From Pyrodictium abyssi (GTDB lineage Archaea > Thermoproteota > Thermoprotei_A > Sulfolobales > Pyrodictiaceae), in assembly GCF_036323395.1 (NCBI RefSeq), contig NZ_AP028907.1, forward strand, positions 1,020,001-1,052,000: 32,000 nucleotides of DNA. Direction: 5' to 3'. The notes beneath the pieces were generated by a model. The model worked only from the letters and a program-made list of their open reading frames with translations, made no database searches and was not told the DNA's origin. Of this stretch, positions 9,691-18,234 are shown piece after piece. The position numbers and the translations under genes are program-made. Each line of letters starts with the position of its first letter. Position 1 is the stretch's first letter.

Positions 9691-11058
9691 ATGGCCTATA
9701 CAGTATGGTGTAGGAGCCTCTTGGCCTCAAAGCGTAGAGTAGTGATAATGGGCGCGGGCGGCCGCGACTTCCACGTATTCAACACCGTGTTCCGCGACAA
9801 CCCGGGCTACGAGGTAGTCGCGTTCACGGCTGCCCAGATACCCGGGATAGAGTGGCGCCGCTACCCCCCTAGCCTAGCCGGCCACCGCTACCCCGACGGC
9901 ATACCGATCTACCCTGAGCGGCTCTTCCCAGAGATAGTACGCGACCAGGCCGTAGACGAGATAGTGCTCGCGTACAGCGACCTAACCTACGAGGAGCTAG
10001 GCCACCTCCTAAGCATAGCCCTCTCCACCGGCGCAAGCTTCCGCATAATAGGGCCCCGCGAGACCATGATCCCGAGCTACAAGCCGGTGGTGGCCGTCAC
10101 GGCGGTGAAGACCGGTGCTGGTAAGAGCTCGCTCTCCCGGGCCCTAGTCCGGGAGATCAAGTCGCGCCAGCTAGCCCCCGTGGTAGTGCGGCACCCGATG
10201 GCCTACGGGGACCTCGAGGCCAGGAAGCTCATACTCATAATGACGCCGGAGGACCTGACCAAGTACCCCCTGACGATCGAGGAGAGGGAGGAGTTCGAAC
10301 CATACCTCGACCTGGAGACACCCCTCCTAGCCGGCATAGACTACGGGCTCATAGTCCGCGAGGCGGAGCGGCTCGGCGACGTGATAATCTGGGACGGCGG
10401 GAACAACGACTGGCCCTTCATAAAGCCAGACCTATGGATAGTAGTGGCCGACGCCCTCCGCCCCGGCATGGAGGCCTCCACGTTCCCAGGCGAGGTAAAC
10501 GTGAGGATGGCCGAGATAGCGGTGATAACGAAGGCGAGGGAGGCAGGCGAGGAGAACGTGAAACGGGTTCGCGAGAACCTCCTCCGGCTCAACCCCAGGC
10601 TAGAGATAGCCATAGCAGACCTAGAAGTCTCGGTGGACCGGCCCGAGCTGGTAGAGGGCAAGAAGGTGGTCGTGGTAGAGGACTCCCCCACTGTGACCCA
10701 CGGCGGCACACCCTACGCCGCAGGCTACGTGGCGGCCCGCCAGCTGGGCGCCGAGATAGTAGACCCGCGGCCATACGCGGTGGGGGTCATCCGGGAGATG
10801 TACCAGCGGTACCCCCACATGGGCCCCGTAGTGCCCTCGACAGGCTACACCAGGGAGCAGCTCCGGAGCCTAGAGGAGACCCTCAACCGGGTACCAGCAG
10901 ACACCGTGGTCATAGCGAGCCCGGCCAGGATAGAGGAGATGATACGTATAGACAAGCCGGTGGCGCGGGTCAGCTACGAGATAAGAGTGGTGGAGGGCCC
11001 GACGCCGAGAGACATGGTGGACCGGCTCCTGGAGCGCCACCCGGTCCCCGAAGCCTAG
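9691..11058 (+). CDS. COG2403-type P-loop protein (annotated in databases as predicted GTPase or cyclic 2,3-diphosphoglycerate synthetase-like)
   Basis: The N-terminus VVIMGAGGRDFHVFNTVFRDNPGYEVVAFTAAQIPG and the Walker A motif AVKTGAGKSS followed by VVRHPMAYGD are typical of this family. The true start is probably downstream of ATG 9691 (TTG 9721, GTG 9742 or ATG 9748), because a TGTTTAAC element sits at about 9675-9682. Confidence 0.7.
   Translation: MAYTVWCRSLLASKRRVVIMGAGGRDFHVFNTVFRDNPGYEVVAFTAAQIPGIEWRRYPPSLAGHRYPDGIPIYPERLFPEIVRDQAVDEIVLAYSDLTYEELGHLLSIALSTGASFRIIGPRETMIPSYKPVVAVTAVKTGAGKSSLSRALVREIKSRQLAPVVVRHPMAYGDLEARKLILIMTPEDLTKYPLTIEEREEFEPYLDLETPLLAGIDYGLIVREAERLGDVIIWDGGNNDWPFIKPDLWIVVADALRPGMEASTFPGEVNVRMAEIAVITKAREAGEENVKRVRENLLRLNPRLEIAIADLEVSVDRPELVEGKKVVVVEDSPTVTHGGTPYAAGYVAARQLGAEIVDPRPYAVGVIREMYQRYPHMGPVVPSTGYTREQLRSLEETLNRVPADTVVIASPARIEEMIRIDKPVARVSYEIRVVEGPTPRDMVDRLLERHPVPEA
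9711..9725 (+). repeat. 15-nt direct repeat TAGGAGCCTCTTGGC, copy 1 (at the 5' end of the COG2403 gene)
   Basis: Exact match to 11056-11070. It contains AGGAG followed by an in-frame TTG. Confidence 0.85.
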
Positions 11059-11070
11059 GAGCCTCTTGGC
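11056..11070 (+). repeat. 15-nt direct repeat TAGGAGCCTCTTGGC, copy 2 (begins with the stop codon of the COG2403 gene)
   Basis: Exact match to 9711-9725. The TAG of the repeat is the gene's stop codon. Confidence 0.85.
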
Positions 11071-11115
11071 AGGCCTTGCGCAGCGCCCTGCTAGCCTCGG
11101 CCTCTTCTAAGTACT

Positions 11116-11124
11116 CTTTAAATA
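11116..11124 (+). promoter_or_regulatory. TATA box candidate (CTTTAAATA) for the atpH-atpC unit
   Basis: It directly abuts the longest-ORF GTG at 11125. The real atpH start is therefore probably further downstream, for example TTG 11164. Confidence 0.5.
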
Positions 11125-11505
11125 GTGCAGGAGCACAGCCTAGCAGCTATTGGCGGGATTGCCTTGGCCGAGGGAGCCGATGTTATCAACAAGTTTCTAA
11201 GAACGGTCGCCGAGGTTGAGGAGTCCATCAAGCGCATAGAGGCCGAGCTCGACAAGGACACATCGGCGCTGCTGACAAAGGCCGACGAGGCTGCCCGCAA
11301 GCTAGCCAGCGAGGTCGAGAAGCTGATAGAGGAGTACCGTGGGAGGCTCAACGAGGAGCTGAAGAAGGAGCTAGCGAGGCTCGAAGAGGAGTTCAAGAGG
11401 AAGGAGGAGTACGAGGTATCGAAGCTCCAGGAGCAGATAAGCCGCAACAAGAGCCAGGCCCTCGAAGCGGCTGTCAGCGTACTGGCTAAGGTGATACGCG
11501 GTTGA
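11125..11505 (+). CDS. atpH: A-type ATP synthase peripheral-stalk subunit H (V-ATPase G-like coiled coil)
   Basis: Small, highly charged all-helical ORF (EVEESIKRIEAELDK...EEFKRKEEYEVSKLQEQI). It sits immediately upstream of atpC and is stop/start-coupled to it (TTGA). The start is uncertain (GTG 11125 or TTG 11164). Confidence 0.6.
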   Translation: MQEHSLAAIGGIALAEGADVINKFLRTVAEVEESIKRIEAELDKDTSALLTKADEAARKLASEVEKLIEEYRGRLNEELKKELARLEEEFKRKEEYEVSKLQEQISRNKSQALEAAVSVLAKVIRG

Positions 11506-12515
11506 CGCTACTCTACGAGGGGCTCGGCGCCGAGTACCTCTACACAAAGGCCGTTGTAGCTAAGACCCTGAGCTACGAGGACGACCTAAGAGCACTCCTA
11601 GCCCAGTACACAGGCGACGAGTCCACGCTAGAGCTGTTCCGCGCAACCAAGCTGGCCCGCTACATACCCGCCGACACGAAGAAGATCGAGCCCAGTATGG
11701 TGGAGAGAGCCGCGTTCAGGCACTACGTCGGCGTACTAGAGTCGATACGCGGCAGGACACCGGGCCAGGCGCTAGAGATCTACAAGGCCTACCGCGCAGT
11801 GGTAGTAGCGCGCGACATAGAGCTGATAATAAGGAAGAAGAGCCTAGAAGGCAGGATTGTGCGGTCAGATGAACTAATCTACCCAGAGGCGCCCGAGGTC
11901 GCTAGAGCGCGTAGACTAGCCGAGGAGGACGCCGACCCGGCACGCATCCTAGCAGCGGCCGGCATGGCTAACGCCGCTAAGATACTCCGCAAGACCCGTG
12001 GCACCGAGCTGCTAAGCGCAGCCATAGACATAGAGATATTAAAGCTGTTCAGCGAGGCAAAGAACGCCGCAAAAACCAGCACCGGGAGAGACATACTGGG
12101 AGCCCGCCAGGACATCTTCGCCGCCCGCACGGCCATGACGCTGGTGGCTGTTCAGCCGGAGAGAGAGGTACTGGCAATGCACGAGGCGGCGCTAGAGACT
12201 CATAAGCTCCCCCGGCAGAAGCTCATAGAGGCCGTAGAGACGCGCGACACGGAGACCCTTGAGAGGATTCTCCTAGAAGCCCTTGTTGGGAGGGTGCCGG
12301 AGGGCCTGACAGTCCTAGATGCTTTCGTTTCGAGTAAGCGCCGTGAGAACCGGAGACGCGCCAAGAGCATATTTGCTAGGGAGCCCCTATCGCTAGATGT
12401 AGTGGCTGGGCTTCTCGAGATACTCCTCTTAGACGCCGAGGATGCAGTAATTATAGCGCTATCCGGCTACAGTAAGCAGCCAAAGAGCATCGTAGCGGAG
12501 CTAGTATCCTACTAG
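11502..12515 (+). CDS. atpC: A-type ATP synthase subunit C (V-ATPase d-like)
   Basis: 337-aa helical protein. The N-terminus EYLYTKAVVAKTLSYEDDLRALL fits the subunit C pattern (Y.Y..ARV.a....L...d...Ll). Its TTG start overlaps the atpH stop. Confidence 0.7.
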   Translation: MTLLYEGLGAEYLYTKAVVAKTLSYEDDLRALLAQYTGDESTLELFRATKLARYIPADTKKIEPSMVERAAFRHYVGVLESIRGRTPGQALEIYKAYRAVVVARDIELIIRKKSLEGRIVRSDELIYPEAPEVARARRLAEEDADPARILAAAGMANAAKILRKTRGTELLSAAIDIEILKLFSEAKNAAKTSTGRDILGARQDIFAARTAMTLVAVQPEREVLAMHEAALETHKLPRQKLIEAVETRDTETLERILLEALVGRVPEGLTVLDAFVSSKRRENRRRAKSIFAREPLSLDVVAGLLEILLLDAEDAVIIALSGYSKQPKSIVAELVSY

Positions 12516-13070
12516 GTCTCCCCGGTTTCATTCTTAGAAGTTTTTACACTAGAGCCACATAGGGCTAGGACTGCACTTGTAGTAGGGCCGCTTATTACAC
12601 GCAGCTAGGCCTCCAAGGCTCCTCCATAGCGGCTTGGTTTCCTGCGGTATCGAGGCTAGAGGCACCCAGGGCTAGAACGTTAACGGTATGTATCCCTTGG
12701 AGAGTAGCTCGGCCACCCTAGCTCCTATATACTCCGTCTTAACTCTAGAGTCAAGCTGGTCTAGGTATCCCTCGATTTTTGCTATCCTACGGCAGGCTAG
12801 GGCTCCTCTTTGCTGCCCTAAGCCTATCTATCGCGTCTAGTAGGGCTTTCTCGCCTTCGCTATGAGCTTCTCGCCGGGACCGAAGAATATGACCTCAAAG
12901 TCCTCCGACCCAGTTGAACCTAAGGGCATTGGTCGCCCACATAAGCCCTGTAAGAGCCTTGTCTAGGTCCCTGCTTGGAGATTATGACTAGGACTTTGGT
13001 CAAAATGCTCCACAAGGGGTACCACTAGTAGAACACAGCTTTATGCATTGGATATTTGAATTTGAAATAC

Positions 13071-13092
13071 CGTAAAACGTGTAAAAACGTGG
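13071..13092 (-). terminator. two oligo-T tracts (T5 and T4 on minus strand) downstream of atpI
   Basis: Minus strand reads CCACGTTTTTACACGTTTTACG, 45-65 nt after the atpI stop at 13137. Confidence 0.45.
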
Positions 13093-13136
13093 ACTTGGAC
13101 TGCAGTGTTTTGTGTCCTCTATAGCTGCCCTCGTGG

Positions 13137-15287
13137 CTAGTGCTGCTCTATCTCTAGCTTTACTAGTTCTGGGAGCCTTATTGGCGTGTACGGCCTGCCA
13201 CCGTCCATGTAGAACTTGCTGAACATCTCGTAGAAGTGCAGCCTCAGCGAGTGGGCGTACGCTACTAGCGCCTCTAGGCCTATCACTAGTATGTTGCCTA
13301 GTATGTACGCGATCGCTCCTAGCACCGGCCCAGATATGAACGCTAGTATTGTGAAGCCGAACATGAGGCCGCTGTGTGCCAGCATTAGGCCCATAATTCG
13401 CATGAAGGATGCAGTGTTGCCTATAGCCATTAGCAGTATGTCGAACGCCTCCATTACGCCGTTGACGAGTCTCTCTCCCGCCGTGCCATGGCCGAAGAGT
13501 ATCGGCGACACTAGCAATACTAGCAGACCGACAGTCACCATAAGCCTCACTAGTGTGCCAAGGCCTGTCTCGGGCACTAGCGTGAGGCCTGCATCGCGTA
13601 GTACGGCGCCAGCGCTCTCTATGGGTGTGGCACCGCTGCCTGTCATGCCGCCGACGATGACGGCTATCATTATGGCTGTGAATACCAGCGTCTTGCCTAT
13701 GCCGGCTGCTAGCAGCTCCTTGTCGCGCATCATTAGGCCGTTGGCTACCGATATCCACGACGATAGGGCCAGCACTGCAGAGCCTACGGCAAGCGACAGG
13801 TATATTGCATGGAATATGAGCAGCTTAGCCTCCTCTGCTAGCTCTGCGCCGCTGTGACCGCCCTCGGCTAGCTGCTTGACGAACGGGTGGAGCGGGCTGG
13901 ATAGCGGTGGGTGGCCGTGCCAGGTACTGTCAAGCCACCCGGCCACGGCTGGGTGTGGGCCGAAGAACTCGCCAGCCAGGAAGCCCATCACCATGGCGGC
14001 GGCGCCGAATATCATTACTAGCCGGCCTAGCTCAGCGTTGCCCATCCTCTTGTAGAACAAGTAGTAGCCTGCTAGTAGTAGTACCAGGCCGTGGCCCAGG
14101 TCCGGGAACATTAGGCCATAGATTATCGGGAGCGTCACAGCCATCAACGTTACTGGTACGAACTCGCGTGGCCGTGGATAGCCAGCCATATCCAATAGGC
14201 CTGCAAAGGGCGCCAGCTTCTGTGGCACGGTAAAGTAGCTCGGCGGCAGCTCCTTGGCCGCCTCCTCATGGCCGTGGTGCTCCTCTCCAGTGTCCTCGAC
14301 TACTAGGCCTACGTAGCCGGCGCCGAGCCCGTCTAGGGTCCGGCGTAGCTGCTGAACCTTATCGGGACTCACGTAGCCTTTGACCACGGCTACTGTCTCT
14401 GTGAGGCGAGTCGCCTCTAGCAGGCTGAGCAGGTTCTTCGCGGCTTCGATGATGGTTAGAGCCTCGCGTAGCTTGGGGAGATGCCTCCTAAGCACCACTG
14501 GTAGCTCTTCTAGCTCCTTCCGTGCCTTCCTTATGGCCTCTGCGGGTGTCCTCGGCATGTCCTCTGGTATCTCGAGCGGGGAAGCCCTGCTGCGTAGCGC
14601 GGCCTTGCCCACCTCAGCCTCGAGCCACGCTGGGTACGCTACAACCACGGTCTCTATGCCCGGCTCTATGCCGGACACGCGTAGCCCGGCTACAGCGCCT
14701 ATAGCCTCCACGTCGGCTATGAACGAGTCCACGCGCTCCACTGGCACACGGTAGACCTTAGCGCGTATGTAACTGCCCTTCTTAAGCGCCTCTATGTCAA
14801 CGTCTATGAAGCTGTAGGCCTCCAGCACGGCTAAGAGGATCGCGAGTTCAGACTCCGGGCTCCTCAGCTGGGCTAGCCTCTCCACAAGCCTCTCTATGTC
14901 GTGTACTGCGGCGGTGAGCTGCTCCACTACCCTTGACACGCCCATGTCGGCGGCACGGCTGAGACGTAGCACTTGCTCAGAGCCAACGTCCTCCCCGGCC
15001 TCTATCCCAGCCTCCTCGGCCACCTGGAGCATGTCGCGTAACCGCTGCTCCATAGCCTCTAGCTCGTTGCGCAGGTGGCGTATCCTTGCAGAGAACTCGC
15101 CAGCAGCGCGCTGGGGTTCCGGGTGGAAGCAACCACACTCGGCGAGAGCCTTCAGAGTGTCGGCGAGCCTGTCCCTGAGTATGACTATGTAAGCCTGGCT
15201 GGTCGGCTGCGCTACAAGAATGGATGTGGCCGCCAAGAGCCTATCACCGCCGCCGCTAGTACACCTTCCCCTCCCGCGGTTTCCCAC
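13137..15287 (-). CDS. atpI: A-type ATP synthase subunit I (V-ATPase a-like, stator/proton channel)
   Basis: It has a hydrophilic helical N-terminal half and a polytopic C-terminal half. It carries the conserved Arg helix ASFMRIMGLMLAH and the C-terminal AHSLRLHFYEMFSKFY. The start is probably TTG 15236 rather than ATG 15287, which lies only about 13 nt from the shared TATA element. Confidence 0.85.
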   Translation of the reverse strand: MGNRGRGRCTSGGGDRLLAATSILVAQPTSQAYIVILRDRLADTLKALAECGCFHPEPQRAAGEFSARIRHLRNELEAMEQRLRDMLQVAEEAGIEAGEDVGSEQVLRLSRAADMGVSRVVEQLTAAVHDIERLVERLAQLRSPESELAILLAVLEAYSFIDVDIEALKKGSYIRAKVYRVPVERVDSFIADVEAIGAVAGLRVSGIEPGIETVVVAYPAWLEAEVGKAALRSRASPLEIPEDMPRTPAEAIRKARKELEELPVVLRRHLPKLREALTIIEAAKNLLSLLEATRLTETVAVVKGYVSPDKVQQLRRTLDGLGAGYVGLVVEDTGEEHHGHEEAAKELPPSYFTVPQKLAPFAGLLDMAGYPRPREFVPVTLMAVTLPIIYGLMFPDLGHGLVLLLAGYYLFYKRMGNAELGRLVMIFGAAAMVMGFLAGEFFGPHPAVAGWLDSTWHGHPPLSSPLHPFVKQLAEGGHSGAELAEEAKLLIFHAIYLSLAVGSAVLALSSWISVANGLMMRDKELLAAGIGKTLVFTAIMIAVIVGGMTGSGATPIESAGAVLRDAGLTLVPETGLGTLVRLMVTVGLLVLLVSPILFGHGTAGERLVNGVMEAFDILLMAIGNTASFMRIMGLMLAHSGLMFGFTILAFISGPVLGAIAYILGNILVIGLEALVAYAHSLRLHFYEMFSKFYMDGGRPYTPIRLPELVKLEIEQH

Positions 15288-15294
15288 ACCTACA

Positions 15295-15306
15295 ATATTT
15301 AAATAT
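15295..15306. promoter_or_regulatory. 12-bp palindromic TATA element ATATTTAAATAT between divergent atpI and atpF
   Basis: Perfect palindrome. It is centred about 40 nt upstream of the atpF TTG (15343) and about 64 nt upstream of the atpI TTG (15236). Confidence 0.55.
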
Positions 15307-15342
15307 CATAGCCCTCTGCCGCTGGGCTTAGGAGGCCAGGTC

Positions 15343-15651
15343 TTGGCGGCGAAGCATGTTGTCGTAATAGCTGATCCTTACACTGTCTACGCCTTCCGCC
15401 TGCTGGGCGCTGAGGGCTATGCTGTGAACTCCCCCGAGGAGGCAGCCAGGGTTGTAGAGGAGCTTGTCTCCCGCGAGGACATAGGCCTCGTTCTGCTCTC
15501 GGCGGAGTACTACGACGGGGCGCGCAAGGCGGTTGAGAAGTTCCGGCAGGTGCACGGCGACGTGGTGGTAGCCCGGCTGCCGACGGTCCGCGAGCCGGGC
15601 AAGCCCATGGATGTACAAAAAGAGCTGCTCAAGGCCCTAGGCATGGGGTGA
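15343..15651 (+). CDS. atpF: A-type ATP synthase subunit F
   Basis: 102 aa from TTG 15343, preceded by GGAGG at 15331-15335. HVVVIADPYTVYAFRLLGAEGY and VVARLP fit subunit F. The longer ORF from 15220 would overlap atpI and the promoter. Confidence 0.8.
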   Translation: MAAKHVVVIADPYTVYAFRLLGAEGYAVNSPEEAARVVEELVSREDIGLVLLSAEYYDGARKAVEKFRQVHGDVVVARLPTVREPGKPMDVQKELLKALGMG

Positions 15652-15657
15652 TGTGCT

Positions 15658-16284
15658 GTGGCCGGACATGTGAAGCTGCTCGGTAGCCCGGAGAAGCTCG
15701 CGGAGGAGATAGCGGGCAAGGTGCAGAGAGACATCGAGGCGAAGGTTAACAGCGCTCTAGAGGCTGCTAAGAAGATAGTAGAGAAGGCCTTTGAGGACAA
15801 TCTTAAGAAGCTTGAGGAGGAGCTAAGGAGGAGTGCGAGAAGCACCCGGGAGCAAGTAGAGTCCTACGCTGCTAGACGCGAGGTGGAGCTGCGGAAGAAG
15901 CTCGCTAGGATACGCGCTGAGGCGGTAGAGGAGATACTCGGGCAGGCGCTCCAGCAGCTCCGCCAGAAGGTGAGCGAGAAGGAGTACATAGGCTTCCTCG
16001 CGAGGAAGCTGGAGGAGGCTATAAGCAGGGCATCAAAGTACTCCAGTGAGCTCGTCGTGGTGCCGGCCGAGCCCGACGTGGAGGCTGTGCGCAAGGCGCT
16101 AAAGGAGATAGAGATACCTCGTGGTGTGAGCGTAGACCTCGCAGGGGAGACCATCAAGGGCATTGGCGGCTTCGTGCTACGTGCCAGCGGCGGGCTCTCC
16201 CTAGACTACAGGCTAGAAGTAGTACTCGCCTCAGCAATCGAGGAGGCAAGATCCAAGATAATTGAAATCCTTTTTAGGACATAA
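15658..16284 (+). CDS. atpE: A-type ATP synthase subunit E (peripheral stalk)
   Basis: 208 aa with a long charged N-terminal coiled coil and a globular C-terminus (GGFVLRASGGLSLDYRLE). Its position between atpF and atpA fits subunit E. Confidence 0.8.
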   Translation: MAGHVKLLGSPEKLAEEIAGKVQRDIEAKVNSALEAAKKIVEKAFEDNLKKLEEELRRSARSTREQVESYAARREVELRKKLARIRAEAVEEILGQALQQLRQKVSEKEYIGFLARKLEEAISRASKYSSELVVVPAEPDVEAVRKALKEIEIPRGVSVDLAGETIKGIGGFVLRASGGLSLDYRLEVVLASAIEEARSKIIEILFRT

Positions 16285-16352
16285 ATCATAACGGTGTGGC
16301 CCCATAGAACGTGGCGGGAATAGCACACAAGGGTCAAGGGGAGGCGGTCTAC

Positions 16353-18158
16353 ATGCCTGTAAAGGGCAGGATCATACGAGTAGCAGGCCCACTCGTAGTA
16401 GCTGAGGGCATGCAGGGCGTACAGATGTACGAGATGGTCGAGGTAGGCGAGGAGAGGCTAGTAGGTGAGGTAAACAGGATAGTCGGCGACAAGGCCTACA
16501 TCCAGGTCTACGAGACCACGACCGGTCTGAAGCCCGGCGAGCCCGTCTACGGCACCGGCTCGCCCCTAAGCGTCGAGCTAGGCCCTGGCATAATAGGCAA
16601 GATATACGACGGTATTCAGAGGCCTCTCGACGCTATAAAGGAGAAGACGCAGAGCGTGTTCATACGCAGAGGCGTGAAGGTCCCGGCGCTGGACCGTAGC
16701 AAGAAGTGGCACTTCAAGCCCGCAGGCCTGCGCGTAGGCGACAAGGTATCCGGTGGCGACGTGCTCGGCGAGGTGCCGGAGACACAGCTGGTTACCCATC
16801 GTGTCCTCGTGCCTCCCGGCGTGCACGGTGTGCTACGCTGGATAGCCTCCGAGGGCGAGTACACGATAGAGGACCCGATAGCCGAGGTAGAGACCGCCGA
16901 CGGCAAGAAGATAGAGATAAAGATGTACCACAAGTGGCCTGTCCGTAAGCCCAGGCCAATAGTCGAGAAGTTTGAGCCAGTGGAGCCCCTCATAACGGGC
17001 CTCCGTGTAATAGACACGATGTTCCCCATGGCTAAGGGTGGTACCGGCGCTATACCAGGGCCCTTCGGCAGCGGTAAGACGGTCACACTGCAGAGCCTCG
17101 CCAAGTGGAGCTCCGCCAAGATAGTCATCTACATCGGCTGCGGCGAGAGAGGCAACGAGATGACCGAGGTGCTAGAGTCCTTCCCCAAGCTCAAGGACCC
17201 GTGGACCGGCAGGCCCATGATGGAGCGTACAGTCCTCATAGCCAACACAAGCAACATGCCCGTAGCGGCGCGTGAGGCGAGCATCTACACGGGTATAACC
17301 ATAGCCGAGTACTACCGCGACATGGGCTACGACACCCTACTAGTAGCGGACTCCACGAGCCGCTGGGCTGAGGCGCTACGCGAGATAGCTGGCCGCCTCG
17401 AGGAGATGCCCGCTGAGGAGGGCTACCCGAGCTACCTAGCCTCTAGGCTTGCTGAGTTCTACAGCCGTGCAGGCCGTGTACGCGTACCAGGCAGGCCGGA
17501 GCGTATAGGCAGCGTAACAGTGGTAGGCGCTGTGTCCCCGCCTGGCGGCGACTTCACAGAGCCAGTGACGGCCAACACGAAGCGCTTCATACGTGTATTC
17601 TGGGCACTCGACGCTAAGCTCGCCTACAGCAGGCACTACCCGGCCATCAACTGGCTGCTAAGCTACTCCGCCTATGTAGACACGGTGGCCAAGTGGTGGC
17701 ACGAGAACATAAGCCCCAAGTGGCGCGAGTACCGCGACACCGCCTACGAGCTGCTACTCCGCGAGGACGAGCTAAAGGACATAGTGAGGCTAGTAGGCAC
17801 CGAGGGCCTCAGCGAGAAGGACAAGCTCATCCTAGAGGTAGCCCGCATAATAAGAGAGGGCTTCCTCCAGCAGAACGCCTTCGACGCCGTAGACGCTTTC
17901 GCGACGCCGCAGAAGCAGTGGAAGCAGCTAGAGACCATAATAGAGTTCTACCACGCCGCGCTAGACGCTATACAGCACGGCGTCACCGTGAAGGAGATAC
18001 GCGAGAAGCTAGCAGACAGGATACGCGCGTTCATCCTAGCAAGGTACAATGTGCCCAACGACAAGCTAGAGGAGCTCGACAAGATAAAGCAGGAGCTCCT
18101 CAAGGGCCTCGAGGAGCTAGTAAAGCAGCGCAGCGCGGCACTAGTCCCCACTGCCTAG
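16353..18158 (+). CDS. atpA: A-type ATP synthase catalytic subunit A
   Basis: Walker A motif GPFGSGKT, plus [26 protein letters not shown] and SPPGGDF. ATG 16353 is preceded by GGGGAGG. The N-terminus [19 protein letters not shown] is typical. The roughly 601-aa length means no intein. Confidence 0.95.
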   Translation: MPVKGRIIRVAGPLVVAEGMQGVQMYEMVEVGEERLVGEVNRIVGDKAYIQVYETTTGLKPGEPVYGTGSPLSVELGPGIIGKIYDGIQRPLDAIKEKTQSVFIRRGVKVPALDRSKKWHFKPAGLRVGDKVSGGDVLGEVPETQLVTHRVLVPPGVHGVLRWIASEGEYTIEDPIAEVETADGKKIEIKMYHKWPVRKPRPIVEKFEPVEPLITGLRVIDTMFPMAKGGTGAIPGPFGSGKTVTLQSLAKWSSAKIVIYIGCGERGNEMTEVLESFPKLKDPWTGRPMMERTVLIANTSNMPVAAREASIYTGITIAEYYRDMGYDTLLVADSTSRWAEALREIAGRLEEMPAEEGYPSYLASRLAEFYSRAGRVRVPGRPERIGSVTVVGAVSPPGGDFTEPVTANTKRFIRVFWALDAKLAYSRHYPAINWLLSYSAYVDTVAKWWHENISPKWREYRDTAYELLLREDELKDIVRLVGTEGLSEKDKLILEVARIIREGFLQQNAFDAVDAFATPQKQWKQLETIIEFYHAALDAIQHGVTVKEIREKLADRIRAFILARYNVPNDKLEELDKIKQELLKGLEELVKQRSAALVPTA

Positions 18159-18234
18159 CACCAGCCCGGGTTTTTGACACTCACCAAGTCTCGGCGCCCG
18201 CTCACGGCTCGAACGTACCGGCCGTGACGTATAG

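Noticed and set aside
9065-9742. 225-aa plus-strand ORF overlapping the 3' half of the FucI-like gene
   Set aside because: The composition is Arg/Pro/Gly-rich with no motifs. It is an alternative frame of a gene with near-100 percent G/C third positions.
10434-11219. 261-aa plus-strand ORF overlapping the COG2403 gene in another frame
   Set aside because: The translation is Arg/Gly/Pro/Ser low-complexity (RRGKREDGRDSGDNEGEGGRRGERE...), typical of an off-frame read of a GC-rich gene. The in-frame gene has clear family motifs.
12672-12929. Reading the spacer remnant as a degraded MNT/HEPN toxin-antitoxin gene
   Set aside because: LGSTGSEDFEVIFF superficially recalls the GS...DxD nucleotidyltransferase motif. 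The spacing between GS and the acidic residues is far too short, so no family assignment is justified.
13000-13758. 252-aa minus-strand ORF overlapping the atpI 3' region
   Set aside because: It is a His/Arg/Asp/Ser-rich nonsense sequence in an alternative frame of the membrane part of atpI. It also extends into the non-coding spacer.
15220-15342. N-terminal extension of the atpF ORF from ATG 15220
   Set aside because: It would overlap the atpI 5' end and run through the palindromic TATA element. It encodes a Pro-rich sequence. TTG 15343 with an upstream GGAGG gives a family-typical protein of about 100 aa.
16353-18158. Possible intein in the catalytic A subunit (common in archaeal VMA/AtpA)
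   Set aside because: The length of about 601 aa and the uninterrupted motif order (GPFGSGKT ... GERGNEM ... [13 protein letters not shown]) leave no room for an intein.
18171-18175. T5 tract immediately after the atpA stop, and a similar T5 on the minus strand at 3594-3598 after the cydA stop, as intra-operon terminators or attenuators
   Set aside because: Short T-runs occur by chance. A and B subunits are needed 1:1, so attenuation is not expected there. This cannot be evaluated without 3'-end mapping. The cyd case is mentioned under the cyd palindrome finding only.
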